Shown here piece after piece: positions 49,610 to 63,010 of a stretch of DNA of 64,000 nt (positions are counted from its first letter, which is position 1; the number at the start of each line of letters is the position of its first letter). Under the pieces are notes generated by a model. It saw nothing but the letters and a program-made list of their open reading frames with translations. It did not search any database and was not told where the DNA came from. The translations under genes and the position numbers were made by a program. Source of the stretch: Styela clava. Its lineage: Eukaryota. The stretch spans positions 5,146,001 to 5,210,000 of the forward strand of contig NC_135258.1 of the NCBI RefSeq assembly GCF_964204865.1. The letters run 5' to 3'.

Positions 49610-50480
49610 TTCCATTCATTATTGAGTGAACGATCATTGAAAAATCTTTATGGCGAGCTTTGGTAAGAGTGGTTTACAGATACAGGTACTTAATTAACAT
49701 TTTACCAAAGTACCGTTGAGCAGGTTAAAAGTTCGTTGACCAAAAGTCGAGAGCAACATATGATTTGTCATCCATTCATTATTCAGTGAACAATAATTGT
49801 GAAAATCTATTGTTAAGAGTAGTTTTCGTTTACGGGTACTTAAATTAACATTTTACCGAAAAACCGTTTGGCAGGTTAAAAGTACGTTGACCAAAAGTTG
49901 AAGGCAATATTTCATTAGTCATTTTCATATACTACGCTTATTTGCATAGTTTCCATTCATTATTCAGTGAACGTTAATAGGAAAATCTTTGTGGCGAGGA
50001 GTCTTGATAAAAGCGGTTTACCGATGCAGGTATTTAATTATCATTTTACCATAGTGTCGTTTAGCAGGTTAAAAAAGTTTTGACCATAAGTGGAGGGCAA
50101 CATTTGATTAGTCATCCATTCATTATTTAGTGAACGATAATTGGGAAATTCTGGTTGTTGAGAGTAGTTTTCGTTCACGAATAGATAATTAACACTTTAC
50201 CGGAGTACCGTTAACCAGGTTAAAAGTTCTTTGACCGCAAGTTAAGGGCAATGTTTCATTCGTCACTCTCATACAACACTTATTTGCGTAGTTTCCATTC
50301 ATAATTCAGTGAACAATATTTGGAAAATCTTTCTGGCGAGCATTGGTAAGAGTGGTTTACAGTTGCAAGTACTTGAACTGAAGTACCATTTAGCAGGTTA
50401 AAAGTTGAGGGGCAACATTTGATCAATCATCCATTTATTATTTAGTGAACGGTAATTGAAAAAGTTTTGTTGAGAACACG
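49610..50480. repeat. Tandem satellite of alternating units of about 160 and 180 bp (A-B dimer)
   Basis: TCCATTCATTATT.AGTGAAC recurs at about 49610, 49771, 49952, 50115, 50293 and 50430, with GCAGGTTAAAAGT in the complete units. An orphan piece lies near 51120-51200. Confidence 0.88.
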
Positions 50481-50683
50481 AGGAAAATTTAAAAATATTT
50501 TTCTTCATTATGAGATTGTTATGAATCATTCAGAGTTCCACGTAGGGTAATATTAGCTGTTAGCAACGCTTATTTCAACGTTTTCCAGTGGGGAGGGATT
50601 CCTCTCTAGGAAGTACTTCTATCTTCTTCTTTCTTGAGAGGGGGGGATTTTGCTCTGTATATGTTGTAGTATATATCGGTCAG

Positions 50684-50975
50684 AGACCGAAGACTAATCG
50701 ATCGAAAGTTAGGGGATCCCCCAAAACAGCGCTCTTACTCCATAGTGACACCTTGTGTCCTATCACTAATTAATTAATAACTCGCTAATTATACGACATA
50801 ATTTGCCCAAAATCAATAGGCTTCTAGTCCGAGATACGATGAATGCAAATGCAAAATCTGGAGCAGATTCATTCTCGCTTTCGTGAGATATCGCGTGCAT
50901 CTAACAGACAAACAGACATACAGACAGACAAATACCTATCAACATACTTACCGATTATTAAAATCGATAAGTAAT
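50684..50975 (+). mobile_element. Helentron/DINE-1-like non-autonomous element, family 2
   Basis: Internal (CAGA)n microsatellite and a 3' hairpin ACTTACCGAT-tattaaa-ATCGATAAGT. Paralog at 40280-40546. Confidence 0.7.
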
Positions 50976-52169
50976 AAAGTACTTTTATGCATTGTGAGAG
51001 GGGAATAAAAAAAACCAAAGAGACAGACTTGCTAGCTGCTATGGTCTAACTTGGCAATTAGAAATTGCAGACCCCCCCCCTCCTCCCCTTGAAAATTTCT
51101 GGCTACGCCATAAAGATTCTTCGACCACAAGTTGAGGGAAATATTTCATTAGTCGTCTATTCATTATTTAGTGAACGGTAATTGGAAAAGCTTTATTGCG
51201 CACACGAAAAAATTGTTGTCTAGTAGCTGACCTTAAAACTGTCGAGACTTTAGCAATACCAATAATTTTGTGGCGGAATGCATGGAAGCAAAAATGAAAA
51301 AGGATCCGATTGTTGACCTTATTTAAAGCGAATGAGGTAAACGTTTCATAAAATTTGTCGTTGCAATTCATTAGGTATACGCTATTGACTATAGTACAAA
51401 AATGTTTTGTTCGACGCCTTGTTTGAAGAAAAAGTGTAAAATACCCATAAAAAGTTGATATATGTGGCAATATATAAATTGAACTCAGAATTTAAATTGA
51501 ACTCAGATGGACACGAAGCCAAAACGTACCACAACTTTCAATACTAACGCAAACGTTACCGCCACAAGGTACGCATTTTTTTATGACGTCATCGCACACA
51601 AAGAAGAATCCCATACAGCCCACAATTTTTTTTTGGATGAAATGAAAGTAATAGCCTTCTTGCGAAAAGTAAAATCTTTAACCACTTAAGCAATTGATCC
51701 AGTAATTAAAGAGAAAATCGATATTTCACAAGAAGAAGAAAAAGAATACTAACAATAAAATCAACGACATAATTACAAAACGACCCATAGGTCCACTTCG
51801 TGTCAATAAATGTCCTCAAGTTCGCATGTACTAAGAAGGATATTCCTTGTATAGTTATTATTCAAATCTTCAGATAGTCACAGAAATATATAACGTCGTA
51901 TTCGAGAGGGTATTTCTATGATTTGGCAAATCACGGGCCAGTCTGCCTTGAGTTCTAAATCGAGTTCAGCAGTCTGTTTGGCAACTTACCAATCACGCGC
52001 GACACTGTTCGCGCCTTAGATTGTAGTAGACAAAGCTTGAAGATTTTCGATACTCAAATTATACGGCGTATTAAGAATGAATAGGCAAATGTATTCAATA
52101 TGTGAATTGCTATGTATTGTTTCGAGATGTGGACGATACCGCCTCTGGTGGTCATTTTATGCTTTAGAG

Positions 52170-53609
52170 CAGGGGTCACCAAACTTTTTTGACCGCGGGC
52201 CGGGTATGACTCAAATTGTGTTAAAACGGGCCGGATGAATATTTTTGTCAATGCAATACAATAAATTCACAAAAGTTGGGAATATCGCAGAATATAGATC
52301 GAGAACATCCTAGGAAAAAAAATTAACAAGATTCCTATATCTAGACAACTATCCTGAGTTTAGCTGTTATCAAAACGTTGCTGTCATGAATTAGAAATGT
52401 TACAAAATCCGCGGCAAAAAATGTACGCATCACGTCTGCTAAGTACCGTTACGCCGTGTTGAAATACCGCTCATAAAAACGACTGCCTGCTGTAGCTTGG
52501 AATTCTATGAAATTTCGACATAATTTAGATAAAATAAACAACTATTATCTGGTATTTGAATTTTTTCATTAGCGCATAAATTTCCCAACATTCGACGCTT
52601 TTAAAAATCCAGCTCCAGTTATACGTAGTGCAAATTAATGATATTGTCTATGGACACTAATAAAATTTATATCGACGTGTGTATTTCTTGTCTAACTTGA
52701 TACTTACCAATTTTTATGAAGTTCGTACAATCAGAACATCGTTAATTATTACCCACAATAAACCACTGTCAAACTATCATGCACTCCAGCGTTTATTTAC
52801 GACGATCTTTCGGCGGTGTCAATGACCGTTGCCAGAATGAAATCCTGAAATAGTCTCAATATATCATAGATGTGACGCACATCGAAAGATTAGTGATTGA
52901 TATGTGTTATTTTTCCGTATTTAGTTCAGTTCTTATCAAAAAAGTAATACAATCATTATGGAAAAAATTGGCTGTCGGGCGGTACTAAAATTCTGATATC
53001 TCCGTTATTTCTTGACCGTTTATTCCAAACTTGGTATTGTTTTCTATTTTTACTCAGATCTTCCCACTGGAGCAGTTTTTATTTAAATCGGATGAACTTC
53101 AATTTTTTGTAACATACCTACATGAATATCCGCATTAAAGCAGTACAAAAGTTAGTGTGGCTTTTGAAATTGGAGCAGTACGCGAGGAATTACAGTACTG
53201 TTAGCACAAAATGCACATTTGACGTTTATTTTAGCACGAAAAACAAACAGTTTCGTCGAAAGCAAGCGCCACGAGTGTACAAGTGTATCGCAGAAAACGT
53301 TACGTACTGGTAGCATTCAAAGTCGCAAAAACGAAGTTTTGTCTACAACCACGACTGAAAATCTGTCAGGGTGACAAAAGTGTCTGAGCGGATGCGGAAA
53401 GGCCTATTATTACGTCACTTTTCTGCATCTTGCCGATTGGCCAATGTTACGAAATAAACAAGGACGACGATGCTCGTGAAAATCTTCCTTGGAAAAAAAT
53501 TTAGCCATTTTTGCGTGTTATTGCGGACCGTATAAAATGACGCCGCGGGCCGGATAAAATGACGTCGCGGGCCGGATCCGGCCCGCGGGCCGTAGTTTGG
53601 TGACCCCTG
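52170..53609. mobile_element. Non-autonomous hAT (Charlie-type) element
   Basis: TIRs CAGGGGTCACCAAACT / AGTTTGGTGACCCCTG, GCGGGCCG subterminal repeats and perfect TSD CTTTAGAG. Confidence 0.93.
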
Positions 53610-53617
53610 CTTTAGAG

Positions 53618-54144
53618 CAGGGGTGTGCAACTTTTATTACAGGAGGGCCAGATACAAGTAACTGGGTGAAGCCGCGGGCCGCACATTTATTTAGGATAGC
53701 TTTTCAAGTAGTTACATACAGGCACAAAAAAAAAACAGTTTCTTTTTGTCATCGATCTTACGGCATTGTTGGGTGTCCTTGCAGAAATGCTTAAACGCAT
53801 AAATTTAAAAGAGTTAAAACGCATAAATTTCCAAAGAAAACTGCTGTTCAAATTTATTGTTACACCGACTTTAAGAGTATTCAGTGAGAAACCCGTTTTT
53901 ATAACATTGCGTATTTTGCAACAGGATTTTTGCTAGCTAGTTTTACTAATATGGGATTGGCACTCAGGTACTGGTATATGCATTGCGACGCAATAAGATT
54001 GGAATCACTCGCACGTACCAAATTTAAATTAACTAAAAACTCGTTTCGCGGGCACACCATTCAAAATCGTCACTTTTCCGCGGGTCGCACAATTTTTTCT
54101 TGTGGGCCGCAATTGGCCCGCGGGCCTCAGTTTGCACACCCCAG
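53618..54144. mobile_element. hAT MITE directly abutting the previous element
   Basis: Ends CAGGGGTGTGCAACT / AGTTTGCACACCCCAG. The left flank is the shared 8-mer CTTTAGAG; the right flank is a degenerate CTTAGGAA. Confidence 0.85.
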
Positions 54145-57100
54145 CTTAGGAAGTGTGCAAGTGGAATCAAAAATCAAAATGAGATTTTAACCATAGTATT
54201 GAATATTTTTGTTTCGAGTATGGGCATCACAGCTTAAACAACTAGAATAGAACTCCGATCTCCCCCCGTTTGGGGTTCTCAGATAATTTTAAATTATAGT
54301 ACCAATTAGTGGCGACATGTGCAAAGATTTGGTAGAAATGGAGGATTAAATGGCATAAAAGAAGTCGGGCTCGTTGGACTGGTCTATATAACGTTTGAAG
54401 TGAGCATTAAAAGCTACGCAGTTTAAATTTAAGATCCAAGCCCCGTGACTTCTCTTCTCTCGATGTTTAATCGTTGTACAAAAAAGGAATTTGGCTTTTC
54501 CAAAAGCTTAATCGTTTGGAATCGTAATCCATTTGATGCATCACACATAGCAATATTTTTGTAGCCTGAAACGCTTTTTAGATCATCAAGACTCTTGGAA
54601 ACCTCGTTTAAAATTCCCACTTTATTTGGGGTGAAAAAGGTAGGCTTCGTCAAACTGACTAGGCTTCGCTACTCCTAATGCATATAGGGGGCTCAATACA
54701 TATCATTGGCGTTCACCCTAAAACTTCATAAAAATTGCATGTACGAATTGGGTCCTTTCTGGCTCACTAACCCTCTTTCTTGTGCAAAAAAAGGAGTTTG
54801 GCTTTTTCAAAAACTTAGTACAGTATATTCAGGGGCTTAGCCAGGGAGAGAGTATTAAGGATAGTAACTCATTGGATGTATCACACATAATCACTAACTC
54901 TCTCTAACAGTCTTGATTTTTAAATTTTCCTGTGTTTTTAGGGCGAGTCTGAACAAACAATAAAAACGCCATCTCAAAATAAATACAACACGTATTAACT
55001 TATTAACTTTCATACCATTGCGTATGTTGCGTCTGGCTGGGAAACGTTTTTCGATTCATCAAATGTCACTTCGCCGGTTGACCTTTTAACATTGTAAGAT
55101 ATTATAATAAGTTAAATAAAGCGCAATTAGTGAAAAGAAAATGGTATAGTTTACCATTCACGATGGCCACATTAATTTAAACCTAATGGGCTTTTTTTGA
55201 CTCCAACTCGTTCATGCTTTTTTTGTTGATGGTATTTTTATGACTGGACAAGGTGCGAAAATAGCTTGTAGAAACGCATAAAAATTAGTTGTTTTTGTTA
55301 GAATGATAGAATTCTCCAAAATGTCACTTCGTCAGGTGAACTTTAAACACAGTAAGATACTATAGTGTGAGTTAATTTATGCGCAATCAATGAAAAGAAA
55401 ACGGTATAGTTAATCATTCTCGATGGTCATATTAATTTAAACGTAATGGAATGTGGTTTGTTTCGTTTTTTGACAGTAACGCATTTATGTTGGCATTTTT
55501 ATTGTTAAACAAGACGCAGAAAATAGCTGGTATAAACCGGTTGATACTAGGTATTATTATTAAAGAGCATAACTACATTAATTTAAAGTAAATTGACTGT
55601 GATTTGAAAGTAATACATTTATTCTTTTGCATTCGTTTTTATTGTTTTTTTTTATTACACTTGGTTCAAAAAATAGCTGGTATAAGCGCGTTGAAACTAG
55701 GTATTATTTTTAAATAGCATAAATACATTAATTTAAAGCAAATTGTCTTTGGTTTATTTGACTGTAATTCAACAATCTTTTGCTTTATTTTTTTGTATTT
55801 TTATTATAAAATAACTGAAATAAGTATTTTAATAGAAGAGCGGGGACAGTTGAGAGCCCCTAGAATGGAGCACGGGTCATGACAGTATTGAGAACAGCTG
55901 GTTTAGATCAGTGTTTCTCAACCTATGAGTCGTGAACCAAAATTTGGTCGCCGGAAAATATTCTAGAAGTTACTGCTTTTATTTTCTAGTAAATGTTTTT
56001 GTTTAACTTATATTTGTATTGAAGTGTTGCTCAATAGTGATTATATGTGTGGGAGGTATCACATCATAAAAACTTGGCATCTGCTGTTATTAGTCAGTTA
56101 GGTAATTTTGTGACATAAGGAAGGTATGTTCGGTTATATGATATTTTTAGGATTGGCAGAATTCCTGTGTTACATAACAAGCGAAAAGTTGAGAAAACAA
56201 CACGCAATCAACCTTTTGAAATGAATGTGTAGAATCTTACCCTGTCATTACTAAATGTTTTGAACCTTCCATAAAATATCTCTACACGCAATTCTAGTAA
56301 ATAAGATATATGGTTTTACTAAGTCTACAATTCGAAATTTTTTTATTTTGTATTTCCAAGGCTGAACCTAATGCTTCTGGTTGGAACTGGAATTTTCTGG
56401 TTTGAGTAGTTTGTTTTCAAATCAAGATCGGATCGGTTCAATTCTACATTTTTCAGACTCAAATTGATTGGCTCTTCAATGACCTTGACCTTGATTCGTG
56501 TTAAGTTTCAATGTATGTTACCAAATGTATGTTCCAAATCAATCATAAAATATCTCTACATGCAGCCCTCGTAAATCAAAGATATATCACTTAGCAAAGC
56601 CCGATTTTGGGTTCGATTTTCGTCCCACGCAAACTTTTGCGCGTATTCCGTTCTTCCTAAAATTTTCTCACAAAAAGGATTGTTGGGCATAATTCTTCGC
56701 CGACATACCACAGCATGACCAACGCTTTTAAATGCGTAATGCTAAATAAACAAAACACAGCATATGCCATTAGATATGATAAAAATATGGCGATATTCAG
56801 TGATAAGTTAACATGATATATATATAGAGAGAGATTACATTAGAGCATATGGTATATCAACATGAAGAGATAAGATAACACGATATGGAAATAAGATAAC
56901 ATCCTGTATCATCATATACAGAGCTCAAATAACATGATAATTCGATATATATACTGCCAGAATTGGCATAAAATTCGCGCATTTTTAAATGTGATGTACA
57001 TAATGGCAACATCTGAAAACAGTTTTACACCTATGTGCGATGAAATTTGCGAATTCCTATAACAGCAAGTCCTTTAAGTATCACTTGGTATTATTTTTTA

Positions 57101-58876
57101 TCGTCCTTTAGAATAGTAACGCCTTGTTCTATACAGAGATTCCGAAAAGTAGGGTGACAGTTACAAATTAATATTTAATTGATTAATTATGTAATCCAAT
57201 AACTGCCTACCCTACGCTTGAGCCAATCTGTATATGTTTAGACTTTTCATTTATTATTCATTGCCCCAATAAAGCATGGCGCTATTAAGAGATAAGATAA
57301 CATGACATATCGATTTAAATAAAATCTGCCAAAGTTGGAAGAGAATACTGAATTCTCGCATTATGAATATGATGAACATAGTGACAAAACATTTTGAACC
57401 TTCTTTTCGACAAAATTAACTTCAAAGCTCCCCCTATTCGTCCATCAAAGTGGGATTATCACGGACACATTTTTGTGAAAATTTTGATTCTATATAACTT
57501 TATAAGATTTGTTTATCGCTTACATAAAGTGGACTTCGTTTGCGAGACTCGAATTTATAAAGCCAACCCTGCTGAAATCGACTGATAATTGGTAGAGTCC
57601 GCTGATGACGTAGTATACTAAGAACTCACCGGCGTAATTTTGTATTAGGTTGAAGGCAAATATAGGTATCTGTGTACTTATTTCGAACCGTATGCTACTT
57701 CTATTGGGCGTTGTATTTGGCAAACGCTACAGTGGTTTAAATACATACCAATATCTTTAGATAATATCGTATGCTCGATTCTAGAAATATTGTATTCGCG
57801 CATTTTGAAATGTAATGGGTGCTCCCGAAGTATTCGTACCAAGATGGCGCACAACCTGAACATAGTATGTGTACCAGGCTTAGGGTGGTTCAAATTGTGC
57901 GTCATCTTAGTACGAATACTTCTAGTGGGCCATGTAATGTACATAACACCTAAAAACAGTTTTAAACTTGCTATTCGACAAAATTCGCATAGAAGCCCAT
58001 ACTATTCATCCATTAATGCTAATTGCTAGGTCTATATTACCATATAATATACCATACCATACCATAACATCATGCTACCCTACTTTCGAGCCGATCTGTA
58101 TATGTTTAGATTTTCATTTATTATTCATGACCCGGATCAAGCATGGCCTTATATACATTTGAAACATTGTCTAAACCAGTGCTTCAAAATCTTTTTTCAA
58201 AAGACACAAATTTTTAAAAATATAAGTTTTGTAAAATCTCGCGACTTTCTGAACAAACCTCTAAGTAGACGATTACGGACATGCAGTGAGCTACCGTGTG
58301 CTTCTAAAAAGACTATAACATTTTCGGGTCGCCATATTGTCTGTCAAATTTATTACAACTCGAGTGATATGACGGGTATTAGGTTGGATACGAATGCTTT
58401 AACTTGCGAGTAATCGAGGCCCAACGCTTGGATTTAATCAAGTTGGCATCGCAGGTCCCATATCACGGGATCAACCCCCGTACTCGCCACCTCACACAGA
58501 ATGTCATAGATTGGATAAACATTGCCGAAATGAAATGAATCCATCGATCTTTCAAATATAGCTCCCCACGTATCGCTAGTACAGAGAATAAAATCTCTCC
58601 CCAGAATAAAAATCGTATTGTTCAAGAATTGCCAATCCACAGGTATGCACAGCAATAGCAGCCTTATCCGTTTTCTTATTCCCAAGATAAAGGTGTTTTT
58701 AAACGTCGCTTCATCGCTGGGACATGCATTTTTACTAAGCTCGCTCTTTTAACCCGAACAAGGAAAATTTGAAAGTCAGATTAGATCATGAATAAAATGC
58801 GTGGGTACAGATTGAATTGGAACGATATCTCAGAAGTTGCCTACCAAAACGCTGCACGAGCTTGGACGTACAGAGA

Positions 58877-59112
58877 CAGGGCTACTCAACTTTAAAATTA
58901 TTTAGGTCCGTACTTTCCAGAAATTATATTTTGGCATCCTTAAACACGCCCTACCTCGACCGGGTAATGATTATTAGCTAATCAAAATTGTTCATATTGG
59001 CGTTATAGTTCTTTCCATATATATTCAAAACTATAAAAGTGATTTTATAAAAGAAAACTTCAAAAGTGTGGCTCGAAAGGTCCGGATGCGAACCGCCAGA
59101 TGAATAGCCCTG
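58877..59112. mobile_element. hAT-type MITE
   Basis: TIRs CAGGGCTACTCA / TGAATAGCCCTG. Confidence 0.6.
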
Positions 59113-59569
59113 AGTTAAGACAATGATCTGAAGTGCACGGACGACATTTTGGGCATCTATGAGTGTAATATAACATATGCCTTTGAAAAACTTAGCTGTT
59201 TGACAATTTTTCTGTTTTTCTAGCGACCATCCTGGAAATAATGACTACTAATATCGAAAATTATGGTTTCAGTCAGACAAAACAAGATACAGTTATCTTG
59301 TCGGCAAATCCAAAATTTATCATGTTTTCTCCGTGAAATTATTAGTGATATGATAGTGAAATAGGGTTGTGCGTTGCGACTACACTTCTTTGTTTTTCAC
59401 TTTTTGTGTGCGTAAGGTCAAATATCGTTAATTTAATTAAAGCAATCTTGGTAGTTTGGCCCGTGAGAAGAAGTGTCTTTTTGTGTCGCAGACAACAATA
59501 GCATGACAATGCACGTTAGAACTTCTCAAATTTCATTTATTGATAAATTCAACGTTATACGATGACGTC

Positions 59570-62500
59570 ATCCAACCGTTAGCACGTTATAACGTGAGTG
59601 AACTCGAACCGACGTGATCCGGTGACCTAGTTTCAGGAATAGTTACCATAATTTACATTTAGCAGATGTGTGTAATTTGTGATTTTTAGAGCTATTCGTC
59701 TGGTAATTCTATATGTACACAGGGATTTAACAGAATAAATTGTGCATATTTTCCGGGTTTTTTTTGTTACAAGTCCAATTTTTGCATAGTAAATAGTTCG
59801 ATGTAACTTTTGTTGCTAACAATACTACATGTGGAAGAATTTGCAGATGCATAATTTGTGATTTGTTCAAATGGAAATAACTTTAGGCTATTCCACTATA
59901 GTAAAGTAATTCGATATGTTTAATAGATTTAACACAAAAATTGCATCCTTTTTCAAGTTTTTTTTTGCTCAGAAACCGTAATATTTAGTGTAAAATAAAT
60001 TTTGATTCTTCAGATGTAATTTGTGATTAGTTCAAAGGGAAATAACTTCCAGCTTTTGCACTGGTAATTCTATATGTTTACAGGCATTAAGAAGATAAAT
60101 TGCGCATTATTTTCCGTTTTTTTTGTTGCAAGTCCAATTTTTATATATCCAGTATATGTTTACTGGGATTTGTCGGGAAAATTGCTAATACAGAGTATGC
60201 AATACTGTTACCCTACTTTTGGGCCACCCCGTATTTTCCAATTTTTTTTTATTTGGTTGTAAGTCAAGTATCAGTGACCTCATTTTATAACGAAAATTCA
60301 TTGTCCATTCACTGTTAGCACGTCATTACGTGAGCTAGTCTTCAGGAATAGTTATCATAATTTGAATTTTGCAGATGTGTGTAATTCGTGATTTTCTCGA
60401 TCTATTCGTGTGGTAATTCTATTATAGGTATAAGTTTATTTTGACTCCATAATCAGCATAAAATATTTGATAAAATCTAAATGAATAAAACTGATTACAG
60501 AATCGGGAAAGTGATTAAAACCCTGAGTAAGATTTAATTAAACCTTGCAGATTTTAGATTAAAAGGTGTTGTCAAAAAAGTGATACGTATTCGCTATATG
60601 TCTATTAGGATTTAATAAGATAAATTAATTCTGTTATTTTTTCGGAAGTCCATTTTTTGCACAGTAAATAGTTAGATGTAACTTTTGTTGCTAACAATAT
60701 GAAATGTGAAAAGAATTTGAAATTTGCAGACGTGGAATTTGTTATTTTATTGACGTAAATTATCTCCTAGATCTTCGGCTAGTTATTATATATGTTTACA
60801 GGAATTTTTGGGGAAAATTGTCAATACAGGGCATGCAAAAAGTACGGTTGAAGTCAGTAATAGTTATTCAATGTGATAACTATTACTCTACTTTTGGACT
60901 ACCCTGAATTTTCCATTTGTTTTGGTTGTAAGTCAAGTATCAGTAACTTTATTTATAATGCAAATTTATCGCCCACTTACAGTTAGCACGTCATTAAGTC
61001 AGCTAGTTTTCAGGAATAGTTACCATAATTTGAATTTTGCAGATCCGTGTGTAATTTGTGATTTCCTCGAGCTATTCGACTGGTAATTTTATATGTTTAC
61101 AGCGATTAAGCAGATAAATTGCGCATTATTTTCCGTTTTTTTTTTGTTGCAAGTCCAATTTTCGCATAGTAAATAATTCGATGTAACTTTTGTTGGTAAC
61201 AATATCAAATATGAAGAGAATTTGAATCTTGCAGATGTGGAATTTTTGATTTGTTCAAGACAAAATAGTTTTTAGCTATTGCACTATAATTCAATATGTC
61301 AGATTCTATATGATATGCCAAAATATTGTTGATACAGGCAGGACAAAAGTAGCGTAACAGTTAGTAATAATTAATTAATTTAAATATCTCTTACCCAACT
61401 TTCGTGCACCGCTGTGTTTTTTAGGTTTTTTGTTGTTGTTGTGAGTCAAGTACCTGCAAATTATTTGTTCATTTTACAGTCAGCACGTTATTACTAGGGC
61501 TGGGCATTTCGAATCGAATAGTAAATTATTCGAATTGGTTCAAAGCTAAATTTCGAATCGCCGCCATCTTGTTTTTTTCTTTCCGCCAATGATCTAGTCT
61601 AGGTGAATTCCTCATTTTTTGTTCATTGAAGTCATAATTTTTAACGCAATTCTAACATATGACTATTCTCTGTAGTGAGTTATTGTTAAAGCGTGTTTGT
61701 TATTGTGTGTGAACGCTCAGTAATCCATCTGAGCGATGTATTTTATGTCTTCAATAATTCATCTGTTAAGAGGACCAATTACTATAAAAAAAGTCGCTTA
61801 CAATTATATATTTCCAAGAATTCGAAATTCGATTCGAAAAAATTATTCGATTCGATTCTGAAATCACAAGGTATCCGAAAATGCCCAGCCCTAGTCATTA
61901 CGCGATTGAACTCGAACCTACGTGATCCGGTAACCTAGATTTCGAGAATATTCACCATAATTTAAATTTTGCATAATTTGAATTTTATTGATGTTAAATG
62001 CTTTCAAGCTAGATTTTCCGCTAGTAATTCTATGTGTTAACTGGGATTTATCGGGAAAATTGGTAATACAGGGTATGTAACTGTTACCCTACCATTCTTT
62101 TGGGCTACCCCGAATTTTCCGTTTTTTTTTGTAGCAAGTCAAGTACCGGTAATTTTATTTTATAACGCAAATTTATTGTCCATGTACTATTAGCACGCAT
62201 TACGTGAGCTAGTCTTCAGGAATAGTTACCATAAGTTGAATTGAAAGCAGATGTGTGTAATCCGTGATTTTCTCTAGTTATTCGAATGGTAATTATATGT
62301 TTACCGGGGTTTTGAAACAAAAATTTCGCATTGTTTTCCGTTTTTGTTTTTGTGGCAAGATGCGTAATAGTGTTTCGTTCAAAGCAGAATATTTATTTGC
62401 TTTCCCCTTACAGTAATTCTATATATTTAGTTGGGTTTAACGAGATAAATTGCCCTTACTTCCCAATTTTTTGGTTGCAAGTACTGGTGACCAGTTTTTA

Positions 62501-63010
62501 CAATGCAAATTATTTAATATAACTTTGGTTCCTAATCCTAACTATACATTCAATGAGGAATGAATTTGCAGATGTGGAATTCGTGATTTCTTCAAGACAA
62601 AATAACTTTTAGCTATTTGAAGTAATGAGATATGTTTACTAGATTTGACAGAGAAATTGCATATATTTTCGTGTTTTTTTTTACAGGAACTGTAATATTT
62701 AATGTAAAATTAATTTTGCTTTGTCAGATGTGTAATTTGTTCAAAGGGAAACAACTTTAAGCTTTTGCTTTGGTAATTTTTCACTGTGATTGACGAGAAA
62801 ATGGATTTTAATTTTGCAAATCTGTAAGTTGATATTTTATCCAGGATAAATAACATTAAGCTTTTTTACTGGTAATTCTATATGTTGCTGGGATTTGTCC
62901 GGAAATTGCTCATACAGGTCGGGTCTAAAGTAAGGAAACAGATATTAATAATTTAATTTTAATTAATTACCTTACCTAACTTTTCGGCATACCCTGCAAT
63001 TTCCAGTTGC
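59570..63010. repeat. Complex hierarchical diverged tandem array
   Basis: Higher-order marker TAGCACGT.ATTACGTGAG...TCAGGAATAGTTACCATAA at about 59579, 60315, 60983, 61481 and 62190. Sub-repeats GCAGATGTG..AATTTGTGATTT and GGTAATTCTATATGTTTAC recur every 150-250 bp. Confidence 0.8.
61495..61893. mobile_element. hAT (Ac-type) MITE inserted into the satellite unit
   Basis: TIRs TAGGGCTGGGCATTT / AAATGCCCAGCCCTA, TSD GTTATTAC/GTCATTAC (7 of 8 match) and TTCGAA subterminal repeats. Confidence 0.88.

Noticed and set aside
57598-57635. CTGATGA followed by a short hairpin, as a possible hammerhead
   Set aside because: No intact GAAA box or convincing helices. CTGATGA at about 24227 and 32136 also lacks GAAA.
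59224-59335. Acceptor-like site followed by short ORF MTTNIENYGF...
   Set aside because: About 31 codons with no good donor or recognisable homology.
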